A stretch of DNA of 64,000 nucleotides from Squalus acanthias (GCA_030390025.1 CM059440.1:47120001-47184000), one strand, 5' to 3'; counted from the first letter of the stretch, positions 11,430 through 26,342 are shown. Notes: generated by a model not told the origin, from the sequence alone. Program-made: numbers and translations.

Positions 11430-12070
11430 GCGACAGGTTAATAAGGCCATTTACAAAAAGCAAACTAAGCACTAGGGTTTATTTCTGGTGGGATAGAATT
11501 GAAAAGTAGAGAAGTTATGCTAAATTTGTATCAAACCTTGGTTAAACCATGCTTGGAGTACTGCATACAATTCTGGTTGTCATATTATAAAAAGGATATC
11601 GAGGCAATGGAGAGGGTGCAAAAAAGATTTACAAGGATGATGCCAGAAATGCGAGGTTATACCTATCAGGAAAGGATGAACAGGCTGGGTCTCTTTTCTC
11701 TTCAAAAGAGAAGGCTGAGGGGTGACCTAATACAGGTCTTTAAAATTATGAAAGTTTTGATAGTGAACAGAGAATGCGTCTACTTGTGGAGGAGAGCAAA
11801 ACTAGAGGACATCAATATGAGAGTCACCAGAAACCAAATAGAGAATTCAAAAGAAACTTCTTTACCCAGAGAGTGATGAGTATGTGGAATTCACTACCAC
11901 ATGGAGTGGTTGAAGCGAATAGTATCGATGCATTTAAGGGGAGGCCAGAGAAGGGTATAGAGGGTTATGCTGATAGATGAGGAAAGACAGGAGGAGGTTT
12001 GAGTGGAGTATAAACGCCGACATGGACTGGTTGGGCCGAATGGCCCGTTTCTGTGCCGTATATCCTATGT
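11430..12070 (+). mobile_element. CR1 LINE 3' end
   Basis: ORF 11499-11876 (LYQTLVKPCLEYCIQFW...RRLRGDLIQVFKIMK) and GGGCCGAATGGCC 3' stem. Confidence 0.92.
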
Positions 12071-13631
12071 AAAAGAAACCTACAAATCTACCATGTTTTC
12101 TGCCTTGATAAGGTGGCCTTTTTTCAGGTGATTGTTGGCAGGCAGGTTGGTAGATGGAGGGGTGAATTCCTGGCGTGTACACAGCTCCACTTTTTCCAAC
12201 ACCAGCTACCAGATTGTCATCAAATATTCTTTCCCTTTATCGCCCACTCCCAGCCCCCCCCCCCCCCCCATCCCCAAATGATTGCCTGGGAGACACTGAA
12301 GCTGATATCCTTGCTCTCTGGCTGCGATGAACAGAAACCAGGGATTGATGCTGGCATCTTCCTGGATTGTATGGCTCAGTGTCAGACCATGCAGTGCATT
12401 TGCTTATTGAACCATGGGGGCAGGGGCTCATTTGTGACCATTACTGTAGCAGCTTGTGACACATGGGCGCACACTTTCAATTGATCGATATTGCAGTCGT
12501 GACTATATTGCTGCTTAATAATGAAATTGGTAACTTGCAGTACAACCATTGTTTTCTACTGAACATCATTCCAAAACAAGCTACAGAATAGAGGATTAAT
12601 TTTGCTATCAAAAATTCAGTGCAAGTTTTTGCCAAATAAGCAATAAATAGCAATAAGCTTGAGCGTATCAGCCTATACTTTGCAATAAACCTTTCCCTGC
12701 ACACAAATAAGTGCCTCGGTGTTTGTATAGCTCGGAGGAGCTAGTTAATGCTTTCTGAACTTTTATTCCTTATTGTATTGCTTAAATATACTCCTGCGAA
12801 TTTAAAACTACATGTGCAATCATTATTTTTATTACCCACAAAATAACAGGCCAACTGCGAAAGTGATTGGGTCTGCAACTTACATCAGAGCATTGCAAGC
12901 TAGGTAATATTTGGAGTGACTTGAACAAGAGAAAATGTGTCAAGTAAATGTGAAAACCAGATTTAGTACAAGGACACCTTTTAAATAGTTTATTAAACTG
13001 TTTTCAGAATCCTAGAAAAAATTTCAGCTTCTGCAGCAGTAAGTGATTCTAATACAGCCCAGGGCCATTTATGACCTGCTTGCCTCTCCACCATGATCCT
13101 TGGCAGACCTATTACTCAATGCATCTCTGGTTTCCTATGTTATATCTGACTGGGATGTTAACAACTAGGATTTACTGCTGTTCCCTCCTTTTGCTTTCCA
13201 ACCAAAAGAGGCAAGGCAGACTATTGGTCTATAGTTTTTCCCACTTCTGGAATTGGGAGACGTGCCTAGCCTGCACTTGGCAACTGCCCAAAGTAGCCTG
13301 ATTGAAATGAGCTCATTGAGTGGCATACTACTATCCCATAATTCTAACGTGCAGTGTGTTGGATCGTTGTGATTGTGCTCCCCGTTGATCTTTCAAGTGC
13401 CATAATAACGCTATCTGTACTATTTATTCCTCTACTTGATGGTAATGTTGACTGAACAATTACATATAACGATTGGCTAGTTAACCAGAAGTGTCCCTCT
13501 TGTAAGTCATTGTGACGTGAAAAATAGCCCCATGCCTAGGCAGATTGGGCTTCTATGTATCTTGGTATAAGTTATAGATCTCTTGAAATGTAGATATTAA
13601 TACTTCAGACCCATGTGCACGTGCTAATGCC

Positions 13632-14852
13632 CATACATAGTCATAGAGTTATACAGCACAGAAAGAGGCCCTTCAGCCCATCGTGTCTGCGCCGGCCATC
13701 AAGCCCAATCTGTTCTAATCCCATTTTCCAGCACTTGATCCGTAGCCTTGTATGCTATGGCGTTTCAAGTGCTCATCTAAATGCTTCTTGAATGTTGAGG
13801 GTTCCTGCCTCTACCACCCTTTCAGGCAGTGAGTTACAGATTCCAACCACCATCTAGGTGGAAAAAGTTTTTCCTCAAATCCCCTTTAAACCTCCTGCCC
13901 CTTACCTTGAAACTATGCCCCCTGGTTATTGACCCCTCTACTAAGGGGAAAAGTTCCTTTCTATCTACCTTATCTATGCCCCTCATCATTTTGTACACCT
14001 CAATCAGGTCTCCCCTCAGCCTTCTCTGCTCTAAGGAAAACAACCCCAGCCTGTCCAGTCTCTCCACAGCTGAAACGCTCCAGCCCAGGTAACATCCTGG
14101 TGAATCTCCTCTGCACCCTCTCCAATGCAATCACATCCTTCCTATAGTGTGGCGACCAGAACTGCACACTGTATTCCAGCTGTGGCCTAACTAGCGTTTT
14201 GTACAGCTCCATCATAACCTCCCTGCTCTTGCCTTCATTAGCTGAGGCATAGAATATAAGTATCCCATATGCTGCCTTAACCACCTTATCTACCTGTCCT
14301 GCTGCCTTCAGGGATCTATGTACATGCACACCAAGGTCCCTGTCCTTCCTAGGGTCCTACCATTCGTTGTGTATTTCCTTGTCTTAGTCCTCCCAAAATG
14401 CATCACCTCACACCTTTCAGGGTTAAATTCCATTTGCCACTGTTCTGCCCATCTGACCAACCTGTCTATCATCCTGTAGCCTGAGGCTTCCCTCCTTGCT
14501 ATTTACCACTCCACCAATTTTCGTGTCATCTGCAAACTTACTGATCATACCTCCTACATTCATATCTAAATCATTAATGTACACTACAAACAGCAAAGGA
14601 CCCAGCACCGATCCCTGTGGTACACCACTGGACACAGGCTTCCAGTCACAAAAACAACCTTCGACCATCACCCTCTGCCTCCTGCCACTAAGCCAATTTT
14701 GGATCCAATGTGCCAAATTGCCCTGGGTCCCATGGGCTCTTACCTTCTTGACCAGTCTCCCATGCTGGACTTTGTCAAAAGCCTTACTGAAGTCCATGTA
14801 TACTACATCAACTGCACTACCCTCATCCACACACCTAGCCACCCCCTCAAAC
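13632..14852 (-). mobile_element. CR1 LINE 3' part with RT core
   Basis: VYMDFSKAFDKV...SGVPQGSVLGPLLFVVYINDL...FADDTK. Confidence 0.95.
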
Positions 14853-17800
14853 AATCAGGTTTTTGAATGAGTTTTGGACTCTGATAGATAATATAAGGCC
14901 TTTTGATTTGGTGTTCACAGGTTCATTATGGTTATGTCACTGTGATAATTGGAAATTTGGGTTGTTTCTGTAGTTTATTTCCATATTAAAAATATTTTGG
15001 TAAAGCACTCTGATTTTTGGTATTCTGTGTGGCAGCTATGAAATTTTCCAACTTGAGCAAGAAGCCTTGGGCTTCAGTTTAATGTTTGACCCACTGTATC
15101 ATGAACTATATTTGTAGGTAACTATAACCATTCTTGGTTGAATTAACTACTGTAATTGAAACGCAATGTCCAGTGAGATACCATTTTGTAAGCCCGTGTA
15201 ACCTGCTGAAAGGAAGGAAACTGCTAATTGGTTATAAACAGATTGGCAAGTGTTTCTTTACGTGCCCTTGGCATCCCTGGTATGGTTCGAAATATGTGGG
15301 CTTTAGATCGGGATTTGACCAGCACGGTTGCATGTAGCTGCTAACAACATATGGATTTTTTTTTTGTTATCTTCAGAAAGAAAAACCGGTGTTGATGTTT
15401 TCATTCAGGTTCTGTATTCCAGAGCCTGTGTTTTTGCCTTAATAAATTAGGGCAGCTATTGTCTCTACAGTTATGTGGTTAAACTGGCTTTTTTATAAAC
15501 TTAAAGGCTTCAATGAGCATCATAATAGGTTATAGTAGAAATACATAGGAGACTACTCTGTATTCAAAACCATTTCACAGGTGCAGATAAAAGTTGCACA
15601 GATGTGCAAATTACAAATTGGTTTTTGCAGGCAAGAAAGTGAGCCAGTAAATTATTGAGATTCTTTATTGTAAGAACATTCATCGGCTCTATTGTAATAT
15701 ACTGAGCTTTAGAAAGTTTGTCTTGCAGCAACGTGTGTGCATGACTGACTTGAAATGCCATCTAGATGTAGAAAAATAATTCTCCTTTGACTCTGACTGC
15801 AGATTCATTTACAAAAACTGTGTATTTTTTTCAGACAACGTAAAGTATTTCCTCAGTGCTTCACATAAGGATGTGCTTGATATGTACGCACACCTATCAA
15901 TCGGTGGTGATTGGGAATGGGCACGAGTCTGGCATGTATCCACTTTGGATAGTGAATGATGAGCCAAATGGCAATTTCTTATTCCAAACTTCACGTCCTG
16001 TGTAACTTAAGGTTTGATATTATCTGTAGAAGTAGTGAACTGATTTTTTTTTGGGTTACACTTTTGCAAAAAATAAATTTGCTGGCAATTGTAAGAAGAC
16101 CAAGTGCAACTGCCGAACTCTTGCATTGAACTGTTCTAAGTATTTGCATTTGTTTCCTGTTGCTGGATTCTGGCATCTGTAATATTGTCACAGCTCACCG
16201 AGAAAGGCTGCTTCTTCTACATTCTTGATTATTTCTAAGTACAGAATTAATTGCTTGATTCTAGTGTGCATACTCCTTGTAGGTCCACATTAGATGATGG
16301 TAACAATTTATTTGTTAAACTATTTGAACTAGTGTTAGCAGAGTTACCTAGGTACATAGAGATGCTTGATTTATAATTAATGGTAAAGGAAGTAATTTTG
16401 TCTGGTCATACCTGGAGATTTTTTGAACTGCCATATTAAGTGTCATGTTACACCTGAAGATATTTACCTTGCTCTCTCCTTAGTGCAAATAGTGGATTTT
16501 GAAATTCTACCATTAGTTATTACTGTAGAAGGGAACATATACAAAGTAGGAAAATATTTGCCACTTTTGTTTTAGAACACTTTTTATACCAGTATTGGCA
16601 GAGTGGTGCACAAATGAAGATCTAGGATCTGACTTCCACCCTTTAAGTTTACCACTGAGTTGTCAGTCTATGTTGGAGGAATCCGCACTGCATTGTGGAA
16701 AAACTCTTGTGACCCAGGAAAAGTTGGTTAGAAATCCACCTCCTTTTGTATTGTTGGTTGCCAATGGCAGATGTGTTTTTGCAATCTAGTCCTATCTTTT
16801 GTTGAAAGAATAATCCTTATTATGCAACAAAATGTAACTTCTCTGTTGATGTACAGTACTTTATTGAGATTTCTTGCAGCTAACCATTGAAGTATTGTAG
16901 CTTATGACATGCTGAAATATCTATGGTTCATCACCCTTGCCAAAATTACCGTCCATTCTCAGAAAATAATTCTTTGTGCCTTGTGATCTTACTCAAAACG
17001 TTAGCTGTATTAATGAGACAAGTTTACTTGAGCAAGATTTTTTTTTAAAATTCGGGAGGGATATTGACTGAGCTTGATGCAGATATTTCAATCTTAAAGG
17101 AACACCTAAAACATAACTTTTAAAGTTTAAAATAAACTTGTGCAACATTGGTCCAGTAGGTGTAGGTACTACAAGCCATACAGAACAGGAAGCTCCTTGT
17201 TCAGTTCTCAACCTATCCTGAGTTGGTCCATCTCTGTTGGACAGCAGTTGTGTACTCCAATTGGTTATGGCCTTCCAGGAGTAGCGCGAGGGGGGGGGGG
17301 GGGGAATGGCCATTGAAGTTGTAATTTCATAAATACAGTGAAGGGTCTTGAGTAAAAGATTGTCTCGGGCATTGACAGATCATCCTGTGGGGAAGGAAGT
17401 TCAAGCTTCGTTCATCTTGACCTGAAAAAGCCTCGCCCTCTGGTTCGTAAAAGCAGACCTCCAGATCAGGAAGAGAATTGGGCTTGGGTGAGGATCACTG
17501 AAAAGGAGTGCAGCTGGCAGCCTTGTGGTTCAACCAAACTCTATATCCTGAATTTGGCAAAGCTCTCAAATCATTGCTTTACCTTTTTGCAAGCACAGGA
17601 GTAAATTGTAGGCCCTTAAATAGGGGCTCCACTAATTCCATGTGCACTGCAACTTGAACACTGCCAACACATGAATGGACCTATTTAGTCAGTTCAGATA
17701 TATCTGTTGAAGTTGGCCTTGTTCCCCCCTCCCCCCATGGCATCAACACTGCAGCTGGCAGGCTTGAGCATTGGCTTTGGCTGAAACTCCGAGTTCTTTA

Positions 17801-18109
17801 CAAGTGTTTTTTTGTCCCGGTTTAATAGATTTCCTTAAATGGAAGTGATTACATTCCTTTAAAAAAAAGTACAGAAAAAATAATAGGTTATTTAGTTCCA
17901 AATATTGTTTCAAGGGGAGGATTATCTTATTTGTCTACCCTGCCCCCAACCCCACAAGATGTGAGAACACAGCATGGAGAGGGCTGTTCTTATTTAAGAC
18001 TTTGATACATCTATCTCAGGTGGACAAGACTGAGGATGTAGCTCATCCTGAAATCTTGTGTATATAGGGTTGGGAAATGCACTGATTTATATATAGTGAA
18101 AGGATAGTG

Positions 18110-19212
18110 TTATATCGAGTCTACACAGCAACAGGCCATTCGGCTCAACTGGTCTATGCCGGCATTTATGCTCGACAGGAGCCTCTTCATCTAACCCTAT
18201 CAGTGTATCCTTCTATTCCTTTCTCCCTCATGCTTATCTAGTTTCCCCTTAAATGCATCTATGCTATTTGCCTCAACTACTCTTTGTGGTAGCGCATTCC
18301 ACATTCTTACCACTCTCTGGGTAAAGGAGATTCTGCTAAATTTCCCTATTGGATTTGTAGTGACTACCTTATTTATGACCGCTAGTTTTGGATTCCCCCC
18401 ACAAGTGGGAACATTTTCTGTACATCTACCCTGTCAAGCCCTTTCATTATCTTAAAGACCTCGGCTTTCTCTTTCCTGGTAAGTATATCCTCTCAGCTGT
18501 GGTATTATCATTGTGAATCTTTTTTGCACTTTCTCCAATGCCTCTATCCTTTTTTATAATGTGGAGACCAGATAGGTGTAGTCTAACCAAGGTTCAAGAA
18601 AAGTTTAACATAACTGCTATGCTTTTCAATTCTGTCCCTCTCTAGAAATGAAGCTCTGCTTGGTTGGCTTTTTTTAATGGCCGCCTTAATCTGCATCGCT
18701 ACTTTTAGTAATCTTGTGTATCTGTACCCCCAGATCCCTTTGCTCATCTACCCCATTCAGACTCTTAACCAAGCAGTATGTGGCCTCCTTATTCTTTTAC
18801 CAAAATGCACCACCTCACACTTGCCTATATTGAAATTCATTTGCCAATTACACACCCATTCTGCAAGTTTATTAATGTTGTCTTGTATTTTGTCGCATTC
18901 TTCCTTTTGTATAAACTACACCGCCCAATTTGGTGTCTTCTGCAAATTTTGAAATTGTACATCCGATTCCTGAGTCCACATCATTTAAGCAATTTGTGAA
19001 CAACAGTGGTCCCAGCACTGATCCCTGTGGAACACACTTCCCATCTTTTGCCAGTCTGGGCAGCTACCCTTTACCTCTACTGTTTCCTGTTTTGTAGCCA
19101 GCTTGCTATCAGTTCTGCTACCTGTCCCCTGACTCCACATGCTCTGACCTTAGTGATGATTCTACTATGCAGTACCTTTTATCGAAGGTCTTGAAAATGC
19201 AAATATATTACA
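18110..19212 (-). mobile_element. CR1 LINE 3' part (same subfamily as 11430 and 52476)
   Basis: CCCTTAAATGCATCTAT...ACCACTCTCTGGGTAAAG shared with 52640-52717; RT remnant near 19010-19030. Confidence 0.88.
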
Positions 19213-20372
19213 TAAAAATTAGATCACCTTGTACAGTAGGCCACACATTGGTGGGGGGGGGGGGGGGATGGGATGTTGGTGCCCCAGAAGCTTCCTGATG
19301 GGTTTCAGCAAGGCTTTCCCTTCTTAAATGGGAATTTCCTGTTTTTAATTTGGCCTGTATATACTCTAGGTAACTTAATAAATAATATTGGTTTATTATT
19401 GATGTGTATTCTAGTTCATATTATAGTGCATTTAACCGCAGTGATGTGTTCCTTTTAAATGTTTCTGAATAGATTGTGTAAATGCTATGCTTCAAATTTT
19501 ATAAAACTGTTCTAATCAACCAGTTTTTATTGTGGGACTTGTTTGTGGTAATACTTTTATAAAAGCCAATTTCAATTAATTTAACAGTACACACTTCAAT
19601 AAGTGATGGAACAAAGTGAAATGGCGTTCACTATTAAATCTAACATTCAAATCCAACTTAGCACTTTGCTGTGGAAATGTAGAACTGGGCAGATGCAGAC
19701 TAAGTGTGAGGTGTCATGAAAGGGTCTGGTTTTTTTGAGACATTTAGATGTGTTCTTTGAAGAGCGTGGGGGACATAGTGGATAGGTGGGGTTAACTTAA
19801 GAAAAAGGAAGAATCTGGGCTCTGAGCTCTTGTTTCTATTAAGTCTTTTTCTTGTATCTTGGTTTTTAGTCTAATCATTATACATGTTGAAGTTAATAAC
19901 TGATTTAGCTGTGTTAAACTGCTCTGGGCTCATTTTACATTCACTTACTCTATTCTCTAATTTATATGCCATTTTAATTTTACTGAAATTAAGCAGTAAT
20001 AGCTGGGATATTTTGTAACAATATTAAAGGATGAACTTTAAGCCTGGGGTCTTGACTTTGTAATCCTCTGAATCTCACATTTGTGATGAATTAACTTTGT
20101 TTTGTGGCATTGAATAATTGGTATTCTACTTTGTTTAAAAAAAATATATATATATATATATATATCTCTGAAGTGTTGTGTATTGAGAAGCCAGAGATCT
20201 AGTGTTGCTATTCTTTGACTATAAAGCGCTCAAACCACTGATAGTTGCAGAAAAATTGCACTGAATGCAAGAACAGCTGTTAAGTGAGCATTGTGAGTAA
20301 TAGGATCAACAAATATAGTGCCTAAAATGTGCCTTTTAAAGATAATAGAAACTTAAAACTTCAGTAGCATAG

Positions 20373-20526
20373 CCAGCTGTGTGGCTAGCTGATAAGGTAT
20401 TGCAAGTGTGTCAAAGCTGAAACTGTAGTTGATAGCATGGTAGTTTATAACCAGCTGTGTGGCTAGCTGATAAGGTATTGCAAGTGTGGCAAAGCTTAAA
20501 CTCTAGTTGATCCCATGCTAGTTTAA
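20373..20526. repeat. Tandem duplication of a 78-bp unit (2 copies)
   Basis: CCAGCTGTGTGGCTAGCTGATAAGGTATTGCAAGTGTG is identical at 20373 and 20451. Confidence 0.92.
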
Positions 20527-23500
20527 GTTTCAACTATTATGAACAGTGTAATTTAATAAAGTTTGTAATTTTTTCTGAAATTCCCATTCGTCCGCTTTCA
20601 GGCAGCACTGTTTCAGCAATAATCAGGCGTATTGAAATTTGCTTCTGTGCTTGCAGAAAGCTACTGTGACCCTGATGTTGGTTTTAAATCCACTATTAAC
20701 AATTTAAATTTAAATTTCTACTGCTTAAAAAAAAATCTGAACATCAGGATCAGCTGGAGTGTTGGTTGTAGTACGCCCACTATACTGCCAACTGTAGTAG
20801 GTGTGTGCCATGTTGCTACCTGGAGTATCAGCTGTAATGCATCAATTGTGCTGTAGGTCTGCAGCTAATACTTTGAGTATTTCAGATGGTCATGGTGTTC
20901 ACTTAAGTTCTACATTCTTGAAAGCCATAAGTATTAAAAATATTCAAAGTGCTTAGTAAAATTATGTTTATAATGGAAGGTTACAAAATTGTGGGTGTAA
21001 AACTAATCACTAACATCAACAATGATTAACTTAACTTGCATCTTTTTAAAGTTTTTATTTGGTTGCATTGTGTGTAGTTGTCCTTTGCATTATACTACTA
21101 TGGTTAGACAAGATTTTGGTCCAGTCATTGAATGCAAATGTTGTGGTAGATTGATGGGTTAAGCTACTTAGGTTGCGCTCACGTGTCCTTAGGACTATAT
21201 TATCATGTGACAGTGGCTTGGGAGGTTATGTCAGTGGCCAGGGTACATACTGTATAGAGATTTCAGAATAAAAGAATTTGAATCCATTGCTTCCAAATAT
21301 GAAGATTCTTTAGTGGCTCCTGAAAATGTCATAGATTGCAATGGCCAAGAAAATTTGGTTTCAAACAAGCCCTTCCAGTTAAGTACAATTTAAGTTGCCT
21401 GTTGTACTACCTATTTTTTCTAACTGGAAAGGACACAATCTTTGTGAAGACCCTTCACCACAAAGGCCAACATCTCCTTTTTCTTCTCAGATGGTGATGT
21501 TCTGGCTATGTATGTATCTAGCAATTTCTGTTCTAATTTCAGGTTTGCAGAATTTGAAGTGCATGGTGCTCATGTCAGATCACTTCAGTGGGTTGTTGAA
21601 GCTGCTTTGATGGGATGCTTGCTCCAGTGGTTTCTGACATACTGATATCCCAGCAACTGGTCTTGGTGCATCTGAAAAATTTACATTGGGATTACTTCTA
21701 GCTGCGACTCATGCATCAGGAACTGGTGGCACAAACGTCTCCAGGCCAGTGCAAAAGTATGGAGAGAGAGAAAGAAATGTGGTGATTGTGGATGGGTCTT
21801 CCACCTTGCACCTTTCTCTTTCCTTATCCTTCCTACCAAGCACTGCTCTGTGCTGGGATCTAATAGTCCACTTATATTGTGGAATTGTTTCAGGATCTGG
21901 TTCCTGTTGCATTGAATTTCTCATTTTATGACTGCAGAAGAATGTAGGAAAATACAGTTGTGAATGTGATTTTTGGAATAGTGCATGGGCAATCTTGTTC
22001 ATGTATAGTTGCTATAAAGTAGTATTCACTGTACATGCTGATTTTTGCATCTGGTGCTAGCTTTTACAATGATTTGATTTTGATTTGTGGTTACTTTATC
22101 CAATTCTGATTCTGTGTGGTGCTACCTTTTTAATGTCTTCTCCCTTGATTGTGTTGTTTTGCTGATTGTACCTCTGGACTCCCAGCTTAATTTATTTGGT
22201 CAGGTTTAGTTTCTATCCTTCAGTATTTTAGGTGTCCTAAGGGATGCAATCCTTTGATTAAAATAGCTTTATATTTGTGTTTACTTAATGAGATTCTTGT
22301 GGCTGTTCAGTTTCTCATTAAATTATTGCTTGAAGCAGAGAAAGCTGAAAAGGCTGATGAAGTGAATGACTGGTGTACTTTTGTATAGAAATTGACCAAT
22401 TTTCCTCCTGTGACCTTTTAGTTATTGACATTACGTGTGATTTCCATAAGACCAGCATTCTGCATACCTCCTGAATGCAATTAATCCCAGGCACATGATG
22501 TACTATATAAATGCAAGCTCGCTTGCTCTTTTTCTTTTACTGATGAAGCAGCTGACAAAGCTAATCTTGGATCTAGTTGGTCAATGGTGTCCAGAATTAC
22601 ACCTCGTGGTTATGTAGGTGTGTACGTGTAATCTTAGGACCCACATGTAAAGCTTAGATCTAGGTTCTCATTAATTTGGATATATCATAATTTGCTGATG
22701 CCAACAAATTTTGGTATTCTGATTCAGGATTTGTATACCAATGACACAACTGGGTTAAAAGGCCTTTTCCAAAACTCCTCGCCCATAAAATTCAAAAAGG
22801 ACAAAGGCTCCTCCCTTCCAGCGCAAGAGGCTCCAGACAGGAAATTCAAGGACACCTCTCAGCGCAGTGCACCAAGTTTCTCTGTTGGGTTCCCCAATGT
22901 AAAATCTACCTTGCGCTCAATACCTGGAAATTACTGTGGTAGAGGTTCTTCGAGATACAATAAAAAGTTGGGAGAATTAATGTATTGTAGGGATAAGGAA
23001 ATTACTTAGTGTTTCGCCCCCAAAATATGATTGCTTTAGTTGGTCAGTTTAAAAAAAAAATAAAAAAAAAAAAATAGTCTGATATATTGGTACAATGAGT
23101 CTGTTTGCATGGATATACTCGTGATGCATTTTTAAGGATTAAGGCAGTTTGTTTAGCCTTGGTCCTTTTGCGTTCACTTAGATTATTGGGGGGGGGGGGG
23201 GTGGAGGGAAAGAGTTTGAGAATCAGTGCCCTTGTCAGGCTTCAGATAACATTCTGCTGCTGATTTTATTTCTCCCTTCTGTCTTCTGATTTCCCCACGT
23301 AATTTTTTTTTAAATTTAGTGGGTAGGAGGGCTTGAGAAAATCCAGGAAGGAAGCCCAGAAAGCTTGTATCTCCAGTGTTACAGGGACCTGTTATCTGTT
23401 TGGTGTTGCATTATATGACTCGAAGGAATGGTTTTTATTTGGTAATACCAGGTTATTTTATCCTGTGTACTGCATCATAACTGAATTTACTACCATTGAG

Positions 23501-26342
23501 CCCTCTTGGTAGGTTAAAGATCGTGTATGCATCTCAATGCAAGATCTTTACATTCTTTTCAATTGGCTTTATTTTCTGTTGAGTCTTGATTTACACTTGT
23601 TTTGAGTTGATTTGATAAATGCAGTCTAGTGTTGCTAACATTGAACTAGAAAAAAGTAACTTGTATCCCATCATTCATATTCCTCCAGCACTGTTAGATA
23701 GATAAGTACGTGCCATTCTTATTTTCCCACGGGGAGATTGGGATGTCATACGGAGTAGGTTTCACATTCTGTAGATTAGACCTTTTTTAAATGAATGTTA
23801 ACTGTTTTGCCTTTTGATAAGGCTTGACATTATCTTTCCATGCTGCACATGTTGGTTTATTTTGGGAGTTGTCAAATTGAAGCAGGAGATAAGCTTACTA
23901 AAATGGGCTGTGGTGGGAGCTGTTAACCTCAATGTTTAATGATCTAGTTGTAGACATTTTGATAAATTGCATTCTCCCACGAATGATATGCTACCTGAAA
24001 GTTGGTAAGTCTATGCTGTAGCTTTTTGCCTTAAATTAAGAGGATTTTGTTTATGGGCAACTTGAACTGAAGACAAATTAGTGCATACCTTCAATTTCAT
24101 GGAATAATTCTTGTACTTTTGCATACTTACGAAATAATATTGGATTAGATTTGGAGGAAATTATTCTTGAAACAGGATGTTGAAGTGTAACTGCTTCCAC
24201 ATTCATTCTCTGAATCCTGTTGTGGTCTTGTACATGGCTTTGTACACTTAATTAAGCAGAATTTCCTAAATGCTGCTTGAAATGTGAAACACCAAAAACA
24301 CTTATGTATAAAGTTCTTGATTAGCTTAGACTGTGCAATATATTGCATTTGGGCACTGAGCAGGATTTGAGCTTTGCTTGATTAATCTCTGCCTGCTATA
24401 AGCAATTTTTGATAGTTTTTAAATCTACATTTGCTGCAAAAGATGGAGACAAATGACTTCAAAGAAGGGAAAAATGCACATTTTTATTTTGATAAAGTAT
24501 CCAAATGCCTAGCTATAAAATTCTAGTTTAAGAAAACTAGGGATTGTTGTATGTAATATCTAGATTGGCTTGTTCATGCTGACACTTTCTAAGCAACTTT
24601 CAAGTTGAGTGTCTGAGAATTCTTGTTAGGCAGTGAAGGATGGAGCTTGACAATATAACAGTTGTCTTTGTTTTATTTTTTCCATCATATATGTTGGGTG
24701 GCATCACTCCTGTGGTTTAATGGTGCGCAGTCATGTGGACCTGCAGCTTCATTTCATTTCCATTTTCTGGCTAAGATATTATGAGAATTCCACCTGTTTA
24801 GGAATTCTCTTCCTTCCAAATGGACTTTCTCAAATTTGAGAGGGTAGATAGGTAGATAGATATGTAATACAGCCAGTTCTTTTTCGCTGTTTCTAATCGC
24901 AAACTGGTATTGCTGGAGTTGATTTACTGCTGGTATTGCTTTGAGGGGTTTACGGTGTTTTTTGGTAGCCACAACCAAACCAGCTGTGGTGTGGTGCATC
25001 GTGTCTTTTTGTGGGGTTAGCCACTTAATCCTGTATTTATTGGTAGAGCCATATTAGCATCCCACAGAAAATGCTTAGCCTGATAGTTAGGGGGGTGGGG
25101 CTGCTCTGTGTAGTGAAAGGCTTTGTGAAACTTTTGTGGTGCTGGTTAAATGGATAATCCTCACCGTTCCTTTTTTATATTCGATTTCAGACTCTGGGTG
25201 CTGGCACTCCAGGTGCCAGGCTCACCACCTCGAACAATATAAAAACATCTTTAGAGATCAGTATTTAGATGAGCCTTTTAAAGGATATTTTTTATCTTCA
25301 ATTACTTGAAGGGTAATACTATGCACCTGGGACAGTTTCCATTATTCACACTTATTCAGTTTCCATGTGCATAAGGACCTAGGCTACCATCCTATGGAGA
25401 GGGGAATCTGCAAAACCACTGCAGCTGTTTGTTCTTGCTAGCTCTTGGTTTTCAAATTTTACATTGAATTCTGCAGATCTGCTTCAAGCATCACACTCCC
25501 ACAGACAACTGCTCTTCATTGTACCCCCTTTCCTAAATGAGACCTGTTTTCATGTATCCCAGTGGGTTTAGTTATGCCTGACTTCACTTTTGGAAGGCAA
25601 TACTTAAGGTGAAATCCAAATTGTCCAGAGGCTGCATGTTCCAGAGTAAGCTACTTGCCCAACTATAGGTCTGATGAGGAATTGAGAAGCATTTGCAAGA
25701 CTATTTACTTAATGTTGCATTGTTTTAATTGCATTCCGCTGATCTCTAGTGACTCGAGAGAAACTTATAGGCGCCCTTCTAACTGTCTGGTGTTGGTCAC
25801 AGATTAATCCTGTTTACAGATTTGGTCGCCTGTCTAGAGTGGATTGATGCAGCCTTTGATAGTGACTCTTGTTTTGCCCATTGTTTTCACCACTGCATTG
25901 ATATCGCGTTGTTTATTCTATTCCCAACCGAAAATCTGTTGCACCTGATTTTGGCAAAAAAATTTTCCAGAGGAACTTGAGCAAAGTGTTGTCCTGACTC
26001 GTATTGCAGGAGTTCTCTCTGGTTGTCTTCGCCCATTACTAGTTTTCGTCCAGTTAGTGAACTGTAAGAATGTGAAACTTAGCTGCATTGTATACGCCAC
26101 TCGCTAGGGTTTTGGTCCTGGGATTGTTAACTCGGAAGCTGTTGGGAGCACAAAATAATGGGTGGGTACAGATTTTTATTCTGTAGGGAATAAATGCATA
26201 GCCTGTACAGTATTTTTACATAGTACAGTTGGAAACTAAATTTAACTTTGTAAAGGCCTGAGATTTGTTGCTTCTGAAACACAAACTGTTTATTTCTGAA
26301 CTTTCCTTTCGAGTAGTTAAAAATCTTCATTTCTTTTTACAG

